Positions 1 to 5,969 of a DNA stretch of 64,000 nt are shown piece after piece. Origin of the DNA: a virus; the IMG/VR virus record IMGVR_UViG_3300043446_002680, positions 7,950 through 71,949 of that record. One strand, given 5' to 3'. Position 1 is the stretch's first letter. The number at the start of each line of letters is the position of its first letter. The position numbers and the translations under genes were made by a program. A model generated the notes under the pieces. The model was not told where the DNA came from, made no database searches, and was given only the letters and a program-made list of their open reading frames with translations.

Positions 1-2
1 TT

Positions 3-227
3 GGTGTTAATAGTCTTGGACCGACTACTATCACACTTCCCAACAATCCTCCAGATTGTACAGAAATTATTGTAAAGGCTGAAATGGGCCCACCTCTGGG
101 CAACCGCAAAGTAACTGTGGCTGCTCCAGCAGGATCAAATATTGATGGCTCCTCAACCTATGTCATAGAAGTACCATACCAATCGGTAAATGTCTTATCG
201 CGAGGTGGCACATGGCATATTGTTTAA
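3..227 (+). CDS. 5'-truncated virion/fibre-like protein, C-terminus paralogous to 468..1103
   Basis: Frame 3 reads GVNSLGPTTITLPN...IDGSSTYVIEVPYQSVNVLSRGGTWHIV*, aligning with GVNSAAAVTITLPN...IDGKTTYVIGVPYQAVSVVFRAGSWRMI. Confidence 0.8.
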   Translation, partial: GVNSLGPTTITLPNNPPDCTEIIVKAEMGPPLGNRKVTVAAPAGSNIDGSSTYVIEVPYQSVNVLSRGGTWHIV

Positions 228-236
228 GGAGCATGC

Positions 237-455
237 ATGGATTACTATACATATCGTAAATTTTTAGACAGATATCCAGGACGCCCATATGGTCACTATT
301 ATGAGCCATACTATCCTGGTTACTATCCCTATGCGCCGTACCTAGGCATATACGGTAGCCAAATTGGCTACAACAATCAAAGTATCTACAATGCTGGCTG
401 GATGGCCGGAGTAAATCAAATCTCCAATATTAACAATATTGGGCGCCCCTACTAA
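237..455 (+). CDS. Tyr/Gly/Pro-rich small hypothetical protein
   Basis: AAGGAG RBS upstream; packed between neighbours. Confidence 0.7.
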   Translation: MDYYTYRKFLDRYPGRPYGHYYEPYYPGYYPYAPYLGIYGSQIGYNNQSIYNAGWMAGVNQISNINNIGRPY

Positions 456-467
456 CAGGAGAAATAG

Positions 468-1103
468 ATGAGTTACTTAAGTTCAGCCACCAGTAAACTA
501 GACTATGGTGTAGTTCGTGTAGGTGGCAATATAGATGTCACAGTTGATGGCGTAATCAGCGTACCACAAGACCTCAACACCAATAGTTCGGTTACCTTTG
601 CTGATATCAGCGTTACTGGTAATTTGTCTCTTAATGGTGCCAGTGTCGTAACCAGTATTACTCCTGTAGCAGGCAATGCAGGTATCACATTAGGCAATGT
701 AATTACCTCAGGCCCAGCAGCAGGATTTACTATCTATAATACTGGTGTTACCAAGTTAACAGCCGGTGCTGGCATCAGCTTGACCAGCAACACCGGCGAC
801 ATCGTGATCAGCAGTTATGGTGCTGACCTAATCAACGTCTATGGTACTACTACCAGTTACACAGCATCAATCACAGATGAATACATCGGTGTTAATTCAG
901 CCGCAGCGGTGACAATTACACTGCCTAACGGCATAGCCGGTCGTGTTTATACCATCAAAGATGAGTATGGACAAGGATCTGGCAAGATCACCATAAGTCC
1001 GCAGATTGGAGAACTCATAGATGGCAAGACCACTTATGTCATAGGTGTGCCTTATCAAGCAGTGAGTGTGGTATTTCGCGCCGGTTCATGGCGTATGATT
1101 TAA
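468..1103 (+). CDS. Putative virion structural/fibre protein
   Basis: AGGAG RBS; G/T/S/N-rich beta repeats (VTSITPVAG, GVTKLTAGAGISL). Confidence 0.7.
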   Translation: MSYLSSATSKLDYGVVRVGGNIDVTVDGVISVPQDLNTNSSVTFADISVTGNLSLNGASVVTSITPVAGNAGITLGNVITSGPAAGFTIYNTGVTKLTAGAGISLTSNTGDIVISSYGADLINVYGTTTSYTASITDEYIGVNSAAAVTITLPNGIAGRVYTIKDEYGQGSGKITISPQIGELIDGKTTYVIGVPYQAVSVVFRAGSWRMI

Positions 1104-1510
1104 TGGAGCAGGTCATGCAAGCAAACATAACTTATCCCGAACTTGACTATGGTAATTGGCCCAATGTCAGCCCGGCCTGGTGCAATGTCAATGTCGCAGT
1201 GTCTACTACGGCCATGAACAACTATGATGGCGAATACTGGTACTGGTGGCGTCCTGCAGACAATTTCATATTCTGGTACGACACGCCTTTTGCTGAAGAA
1301 CTCATAGATGGCAATCTCTGCTATCGTGTAAATGGCAATATCTGGATTTGCCCTATCAGTCCCGAAGGTAATCTAACACCAGAACCAAGACCCATGCCAG
1401 TGACATCAGGCAATGTAAAACCTATGTTGACTGTGACATCAGTACGAATGGAAAACCACGCCGAGCATGTAGCAGTAATGTTTGGACAAGTCTTAAACAA
1501 CTTGAAATAA
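1088..1510 (+). CDS. Hypothetical protein (start may be the ATG at 1115)
   Basis: Trp-rich ORF continuing the + strand operon. Confidence 0.6.
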   Translation: MAYDLMEQVMQANITYPELDYGNWPNVSPAWCNVNVAVSTTAMNNYDGEYWYWWRPADNFIFWYDTPFAEELIDGNLCYRVNGNIWICPISPEGNLTPEPRPMPVTSGNVKPMLTVTSVRMENHAEHVAVMFGQVLNNLK

Positions 1511-1512
1511 CA

Positions 1513-1586
1513 TGGTTGCGGGTCTAGGAGTCGAACCTAGAACGAGGGCTTATGAGACCTTCATGATACCTTTTCAACAACCCGCG
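1513..1586 (-). tRNA. tRNA-fMet (CAT)
   Basis: Cloverleaf starting CGCGGG, C1:A72 mismatch, loop CT-CAT-AA, encoded CCA. Confidence 0.85.
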
Positions 1587-1794
1587 ATTGTCTGGGTATG
1601 GACCTGAATTCCCTAAAACCCAGGTCCATAGTCTTCTGTGTCTTGGACGACAGTCCTTAGGCTAGACATCCGTACCTTGCAGCGCCAATTGCAAGTGTAT
1701 TTTAGTTGACGGGGCTCCCACCCGCCTCGCTCTGGGAGCACTGCTAACCACTAGGGATTGTGGCAACAAGTGTAGCGGGACTAATTTTTTAGGA

Positions 1795-1893
1795 ATGGCT
1801 GGTCAATGTTTTTGTTACCTGGCACTCTGCTGAATCAGGATTTGCACCTTTCAGGAGCGGATACTCTGAATACCCACCTTTAACAACGACCAT
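1795..1893 (-). ncRNA. Candidate structured ncRNA with long terminal stem and T-loop-like hairpin
   Basis: TGGTCGTTGTT/AACATTGACCA stem enclosing AGG-TGCAAAT-CCT. Confidence 0.4.
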
Positions 1894-1895
1894 CT

Positions 1896-1982
1896 ACCAT
1901 ATTGAAACACACTCATCACACACCGTACAACAGGCGATCAACTCTGTTGTCTTATAGGCATCAAAATGTGCTTCAATATGGT
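1896..1982 (-). ncRNA. Candidate ncRNA with 16-bp closing stem and internal hairpin
   Basis: ACCATATTGAAGCACA/TGTGTTTCAATATGGT; G-U wobble favours minus strand; inner ACAACAG/CTGTTGT. Confidence 0.55.
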
Positions 1983-2054
1983 GCCAGTGTTGCTGGCCGG
2001 GGAATCCCGGTCCTCGTCGCTTAGAGAACGACTACTTACCACCCCGCTCTAAAC

Positions 2055-2128
2055 CATATTAGAACACACTACTCATCTGCTTTGGACAACCGCTGCAATT
2101 TGTCTGTTCGGTAATGTGTTCTAATATG
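2055..2128 (-). ncRNA. Duplicated structured ncRNA, copy 1
   Basis: 18-bp stem around a core near-identical to 5552..5624. Confidence 0.7.
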
Positions 2129-2149
2129 CTCGTTACTTACTATACCCAT

Positions 2150-2178
2150 ATTATAGCAACTATTGTCGCCGCTGTCAA
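2150..2178 (-). promoter_or_regulatory. Sigma70-type promoter
   Basis: TTGACA-17-TATAAT, perfect consensus. Confidence 0.85.
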
Positions 2179-2199
2179 CCTGTTGTATTAGAACTACAG

Positions 2200-2500
2200 T
2201 GTTGGCTACTAGTTCCCACCAGCCCCAACTTGAGTTGTCACCCTGTCCCGGCCCTTTAGTAGAGGTGGCCAGCCTTTGTTGTACCTTTACCAATGATAAC
2301 CCAATATCAACCTCCCGGAATCGCCCGGGAGGGGAGGCCGTATCAACTAGCCTATGCCAAACCTAACGCGGGCATCTACGCCATACTGAGTAACCGGGGT
2401 ATGGCCCGGGGATTCTGTTCAGGGACGCACTGTTGTTGTCGTTTAAGAGCGAGCGGGTCACGCAGCTCTCCCCGGGGGGTTGGGCCCAATCCTGGCCCTG
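2200..2500 (-). ncRNA. GC-rich multi-hairpin non-coding block (one or more ncRNAs)
   Basis: Many inverted repeats (CCTCCCGG/CCGGGAGG, GCCATAC/GTATGGC, CAGGG/CCCTG); no credible ORF. Confidence 0.45.
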
Positions 2501-2504
2501 TATA

Positions 2505-2579
2505 TGGTGCCCGGTGATGGAATCGAACCACCGCTATTCGCCGTGTAAAGGCGACGTTTTACCATTAAACTAACCGGGC
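2505..2579 (-). tRNA. tRNA-Val (TAC)
   Basis: Cloverleaf, TCGCC-TT-TAC-AC-GGCGA, CCA. Confidence 0.95.
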
Positions 2580-2582
2580 TAG

Positions 2583-2659
2583 TGGAAGTAGGGATCGGAT
2601 TCAAACCGATGAAAAGATGCTTTGCAGGCATCCGCATTAGATCACTCTGCCACCCTACT
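2583..2659 (-). tRNA. tRNA-Cys (GCA)
   Basis: GATGC-CT-GCA-AA-GCATC, U73, CCA. Confidence 0.92.
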
Positions 2660-2665
2660 ATGTTT

Positions 2666-2742
2666 TGGCTCCCCAGCGTGGGCACGATCCACGGACCTTC
2701 TGATTAACAGTCAGACGCTACTACCAACTGAGCTACTGGGGA
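2666..2742 (-). tRNA. tRNA-Asn (GTT)
   Basis: TCTGA-CT-GTT-AA-TCAGA, CCA; T-loop ATCGTGC. Confidence 0.92.
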
Positions 2743-2750
2743 ATAAAATT

Positions 2751-2842
2751 TGGTGGAAGGTGTGGGATTCGAACCCACGGTCCATATTACTACAGACAAC
2801 ACCTTAGCAGGGTGCCGATTTAAGCCGCTCATCCAACCTTCC
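2751..2842 (-). tRNA. tRNA-Ser (GCT)
   Basis: Long variable arm, CT-GCT-AA loop, CCA. Confidence 0.92.
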
Positions 2843-2886
2843 AAATTCAACGCTATTATTAAGGAACGATTACTGCTATTTCAATG

Positions 2887-2915
2887 AGTATAGCAACTAA
2901 TCACCTTGTTGTCAA
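2887..2915 (-). promoter_or_regulatory. Sigma70-type promoter internal to the tRNA array
   Basis: TTGACA-17-TATACT. Confidence 0.8.
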
Positions 2916-2922
2916 CTTGATA

Positions 2923-2999
2923 TGGCACCACTGGCAGGATTCAAACCCACGACCCCCGGGTTCGTAGCCCGGTGCTCTATTCAGCTGAGCTACAGTGGT
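2923..2999 (-). tRNA. tRNA-Arg (ACG)
   Basis: CCGGG-CT-ACG-AA-CCCGG, CCA. Confidence 0.93.
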
Positions 3000-3002
3000 A
3001 AT

Positions 3003-3644
3003 CTAGTAGATTAAACGATCTACAAATTCACTTAACAGTGTATGATGATGGTATTCATGCCAGTAAGGCTGCATGTATGGTTTACTGTACCAGTAGATGT
3101 CACTTTCTGGATGTGGGCCTATTAGTCCAATGCGTCCTTGTATGACAGCAGCACTGTCACCATTGGTATACCGAGCAATGACTCGATGCCGACTGCCATG
3201 ATCTACCAAGGCACAGCCATCATAAAAGTACATGTATTCTCTGTGTTTCTGCCAGTCAACGGCGACCACAGTGCCAAAACTGCGTCTGATGTCTGTGTTT
3301 TCTCTGCGTATATACTGCACAGGCTCAATGCCACGCACAATGTCAAAGTAGTGGTGTCCGGCCCAATACGCACCCATGCAGATGCCTAGATAAGCACCGC
3401 CAGTGGCCACATACTCACGCACAGCATCTGCACCTGATTCGCATATTTTATGCCAACTATCACTGTCGCCGATGCCGCCAGGAAAGCACACAAGATCATA
3501 TCTGCTGAGTGCTAGTGATGTCAGCGATCTGCTGTCAATACAGTGTACTGAGTATTCTGCACTAAGTGCTCGAATTAGGCCGTGTGCGCTTTGTACACTG
3601 CATTCAGGATGATGCACAAACACGGCCACTGTGGGCTTGATCAT
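3003..3644 (-). CDS. BPL-N-like class I glutamine amidotransferase-fold protein
   Basis: FPGG, GGAYLGICMGAY nucleophile elbow, GPHPE. Confidence 0.8.
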   Translation of the reverse strand: MIKPTVAVFVHHPECSVQSAHGLIRALSAEYSVHCIDSRSLTSLALSRYDLVCFPGGIGDSDSWHKICESGADAVREYVATGGAYLGICMGAYWAGHHYFDIVRGIEPVQYIRRENTDIRRSFGTVVAVDWQKHREYMYFYDGCALVDHGSRHRVIARYTNGDSAAVIQGRIGLIGPHPESDIYWYSKPYMQPYWHEYHHHTLLSEFVDRLIY

Positions 3645-3665
3645 AGTGATATTTAGTGGTGTTGT

Positions 3666-3741
3666 TGGGGTAACCTATGAGGATTGAACTCATACTTTCT
3701 CGGTCACAACGAGAGGTGCAGACCACTACACTAAGGTCACC
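3666..3741 (-). tRNA. tRNA-His (GTG)
   Basis: G-1/C73, TT-GTG-AC loop, CCA. Confidence 0.92.
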
Positions 3742-3748
3742 ATTGATC

Positions 3749-3823
3749 TGGCACCACCGGAGGGACTCGAACCCCCATAGGACGCTTTAGAAGAGCGTTG
3801 CCTTTCCATTAGACTACGGTGGT
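3749..3823 (-). tRNA. tRNA-Arg (TCT)
   Basis: ACGCT-CT-TCT-AA-AGCGT, CCA. Confidence 0.92.
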
Positions 3824-3830
3824 ACATGTA

Positions 3831-3909
3831 TGGTGCCGCCTCTTGGAATCGAACCAAGTTCTCGAGTTCTTCAGACTCGTGCTGAAATGACCACACTAGC
3901 TCAAGCGGC
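3831..3909 (-). tRNA. tRNA-Phe (GAA)
   Basis: CGAGT-CT-GAA-GA-ACTCG, CCA. Confidence 0.9.
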
Positions 3910-3913
3910 ATTG

Positions 3914-3988
3914 TGGTGCTGATAGCAGGATTTGAACCTGCGGCCTCTGACTTACCAAGTCAGCGATCTTCCCCTGATCTATATCAGC
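3914..3988 (-). tRNA. tRNA-Thr (GGT)
   Basis: CTGAC-TT-GGT-AA-GTCAG, CCA. Confidence 0.93.
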
Positions 3989-3993
3989 ATGGA

Positions 3994-4068
3994 TGGAAGG
4001 GGGTCTGGGTTACGATCCCAGTCACCTACTTTCAAAGAGTAGTATCTGCTCCAATCGATTTACCCCCA
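3994..4068 (-). tRNA. tRNA-Gln (TTG)
   Basis: CTACT-CT-TTG-AA-AGTAG; U1:U72 mismatch; T-loop ATCGTAA; CCA. Confidence 0.8.
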
Positions 4069-4074
4069 ATTGTT

Positions 4075-4150
4075 TGGCCTGACCGGAGGGACTCGACCCC
4101 CGACCCGCTGGGTAGAAGCCAGCTGCTCTAATCCACTGAGCTACGGTCAG
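4075..4150 (-). tRNA. tRNA-Arg (TCT), second divergent copy
   Basis: GCTGG-CT-TCT-AC-CCAGC; T-loop lacks one T; CCA. Confidence 0.8.
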
Positions 4151-4156
4151 ATTGTT

Positions 4157-4232
4157 TGGTACCTGTTCCTGGGTTCGAACCAGGGACCTTTCGATTATCG
4201 GTCGAATGCTCTACCAACTGAGCTAAACAGGC
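4157..4232 (-). tRNA. tRNA-Ile (GAT)
   Basis: TTCGA-CC-GAT-AA-TCGAA, CCA. Confidence 0.93.
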
Positions 4233-4237
4233 ATGGA

Positions 4238-4332
4238 TGGTGGAGAGCGGAGGAGTCGAACCCCATCCCCTTCTTCAGCGGAACCTAGTTTTCAAGACTA
4301 GTCGGCGAACCATCTCGCCTGCATCACTCTCC
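4238..4332 (-). tRNA. tRNA-Ser (TGA) with 8/4 acceptor/T-stem
   Basis: GGAGAGTG/CGCTCTCC 8 bp; GGGG/CCTC 4 bp; CTAGT-CT-TGA-AA-ACTAG; long V-arm. Confidence 0.85.
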
Positions 4333-4337
4333 ATGAG

Positions 4338-4413
4338 TGGTGGTAATGGTAGGACTCGAACCTACGATAGATACCATATGAAGGTACCGCATTGGCCGCT
4401 ATGCTACATTACC
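4338..4413 (-). tRNA. tRNA-Met or Ile2 (CAT)
   Basis: GTACC-TT-CAT-AT-GGTAT, CCA. Confidence 0.88.
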
Positions 4414-4465
4414 AATAAATGGCGTCGGTGGGGGTTCCAAACCGCTCACCGAGATAAATAACTGT

Positions 4466-4972
4466 ATGCTTAAATGTTTACATTGTCAAACTGATCTACT
4501 AAAAAAAGATCAAAAGAAATTCTGTTCTAGGTCATGTGCTGCGTCACATAATAATACCGGCAGGAGACGCCATTCAAAACCAGAATCAATACATTCAATG
4601 GTCAAATTATGTAAGACCTGCGGCAAAGAAACGCCTAGGCGTGTATTTTGCTCTGACAGTTGTAATCCTAAAAAAAATAGGACTCTTTCAGACGAAGAAA
4701 AATTAAAAAAACACAGAGCTAATCACAATGAAGCATGGGCAAGATATATGGCTAAACGAAAAAATCAAACTCCAAAAGATGTTGACATCAAGAAACTTCA
4801 AGAGTTTTATGCTAATTGTCCAAAAGGATACGAAGTTGACCATATAATCCCGATATCTAAAGGTGGGTTACACACATTAGAAAATCTCCAATATCTTACT
4901 GTAAGTGAAAATAGACGGAAGTCTAATAAAATATTGGCTCCGAGTGAGGGACTCGAACCCCCGAGGGTATGA
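4466..4972 (+). CDS. HNH homing endonuclease with N-terminal Cys4 zinc-finger repeats
   Basis: EVDHIIPISKGGLH...NLQYL...N; CxxC/FCSxxC repeats; TAAATA box just upstream; antisense in tRNA array. Confidence 0.9.
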   Translation: MLKCLHCQTDLLKKDQKKFCSRSCAASHNNTGRRRHSKPESIHSMVKLCKTCGKETPRRVFCSDSCNPKKNRTLSDEEKLKKHRANHNEAWARYMAKRKNQTPKDVDIKKLQEFYANCPKGYEVDHIIPISKGGLHTLENLQYLTVSENRRKSNKILAPSEGLEPPRV

Positions 4973-5019
4973 ACCGGCGGTTTTGGAGACCGCTGCAATC
5001 GCCGCTATGCGAACCCGGA
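4935..5019 (-). tRNA. tRNA-Trp (CCA) with long variable arm
   Basis: GCGGT-CT-CCA-AA-ACCGC; 14-nt V-region with GGT/ACC stem; G73; CCA. Confidence 0.85.
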
Positions 5020-5025
5020 ATTGAT

Positions 5026-5100
5026 TGGTGGAGGATAACGGATTCGAACCGATGACTCCGCGGTGCAAACGCGGTGTTTTCCCAATTATACTAATCCCCC
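5026..5100 (-). tRNA. tRNA-Ala (TGC)
   Basis: G3:U70, TT-TGC-AC loop, CCA. Confidence 0.95.
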
Positions 5101-5105
5101 AATCT

Positions 5106-5180
5106 TGGCGGTCTGTACGGGAGTCGAACCCGTCTCTATGGCGTGACAAGCCATTATTCTTACCGATGAACTAACAGACC
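5106..5180 (-). tRNA. tRNA-Asp (GTC)
   Basis: ATGGC-TT-GTC-AC-GCCAT, CCA. Confidence 0.95.
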
Positions 5181-5184
5181 AATA

Positions 5185-5262
5185 TGGTACGGGCACTTGG
5201 ACTCGAACCAAGAACTTACTGGTTAAAAGCCAGTTACTCTAACCAAATTGAGTTATACCCGC
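5185..5262 (-). tRNA. tRNA-Lys (TTT)
   Basis: ACTGG-CT-TTT-AA-CCAGT, CCA. Confidence 0.95.
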
Positions 5263-5270
5263 ATCGTGTT

Positions 5271-5345
5271 TGGCACACCCAACGGGAATCGAACCCGTCT
5301 TTGCGGATTGAAAGTCCACTGTCCTAACCGATAGACGATGGGTGC
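5271..5345 (-). tRNA. tRNA-Glu (TTC)
   Basis: GTGGA-CT-TTC-AA-TCCGC, CCA. Confidence 0.95.
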
Positions 5346-5350
5346 ATAAC

Positions 5351-5427
5351 TGGTGCCGGTTGTCGGATTCGAACTGACGACCTTTGCTTTACAAGAGCAC
5401 TGCTCTGGCCAACTGAGCTAAACCGGC
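5351..5427 (-). tRNA. tRNA-Thr (TGT)
   Basis: CT-TGT-AA loop, cloverleaf, CCA. Confidence 0.92.
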
Positions 5428-5432
5428 TTATT

Positions 5433-5520
5433 TGGTGGGGACTGAAGGAATCGAACCTAACTGCCGCCACTCTGCATATTATGGCAAGTGATTTACAGTC
5501 ACCCGCAGAGAACAGCCCCC
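5433..5520 (-). tRNA. Non-canonical tRNA-Tyr-like gene (GTA) lacking a D-arm
   Basis: 8-bp acceptor, GGTGA-CT-GTA-AA-TCACT, enlarged V-region, AGG-TTCGATT-CCT, ACCA end. Confidence 0.75.
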
Positions 5521-5551
5521 ATATAAGTTTACAGCACTCTAGTGAATGCTG

Positions 5552-5624
5552 GTAATAAAGCAGACTACTCATCTGCTTTGGACTTGCCGCTGCAATTTGT
5601 CTGTTCGGCAGTCTGCTTTATTAC
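5552..5624 (-). ncRNA. Duplicated structured ncRNA, copy 2
   Basis: 17-bp stem of different sequence around the same core as 2055..2128. Confidence 0.7.
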
Positions 5625-5738
5625 TGACAGTTTTTACACATCCGGGTTACCGCCCCAGACTTATCATCCCTGTCACCGCCCACATTATAGCTGATGTTTA
5701 TAGTGCCAGCAGGCTCGCGTTGCCTTACACTTTACCGC

Positions 5739-5780
5739 ACAAAACAAAAGACCCTAGGTCTTTCGATCCTAGGGTCTTGG
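5739..5780 (-). terminator. Intrinsic terminator (attenuator) upstream of the tRNA array
   Basis: AAGACCCTAGG/CCTAGGGTCTT stem, GAAA loop, followed by TTGTTTT. Confidence 0.85.
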
Positions 5781-5831
5781 AAGTGTTGATGTAAATTACT
5801 TTTACATCTGGATCTCCCGAGACCCCGGACC
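5765..5831 (-). promoter_or_regulatory. Putative antiterminator helix
   Basis: GGTCCGGGGTCTCGGGAG (5814-5831) pairs with CTTCCAAGACCCTAGGATC (5765-5783), the whole 5' arm of the terminator. Confidence 0.7.
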
Positions 5832-5930
5832 TTTGTGCTCATTGGTGCGATCATAACTCGACGACTGCCATGAGCACATGGGTGTGCTATGACTAATCTT
5901 TGCTGTTACTGATCCCACTGTTAGTTGCAT
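5802..5930 (-). CDS. 42-aa leader peptide MQLTVGSVTAKISHSTPMCSWQSSSYDRTNEHKGPGSREIQM (not in ORF track)
   Basis: GAGGA RBS 5 nt before ATG; lies between promoter and terminator. Confidence 0.75.
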   Translation of the reverse strand: MQLTVGSVTAKISHSTPMCSWQSSSYDRTNEHKGPGSREIQM

Positions 5931-5969
5931 TACTGTCCTCGTTGTTTAGTGTTTTGCTGCTATGTTCGT

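Noticed and set aside
2055-2128. 5S rRNA or hammerhead similarity (CCGAAC, GATGAG)
   Set aside because: Too short for 5S; hammerhead CUGAUGA/GAAA core and three-stem junction absent.
2200-2500. tmRNA (AACGACAACAAC) or RNase P RNA (ACAGAA) resemblance
   Set aside because: No tRNA-like termini, Ala-ending tag or GAGGAAAGUCC signature.
4238-4332. tRNA-Sec
   Set aside because: Anticodon is TGA (Ser), not TCA.
2069-5794. Short ORF-track calls over the tRNA array (other than 3003..3644 and 4466..4972)
   Set aside because: They overlap tRNA/ncRNA genes and lack RBS or protein-like composition.
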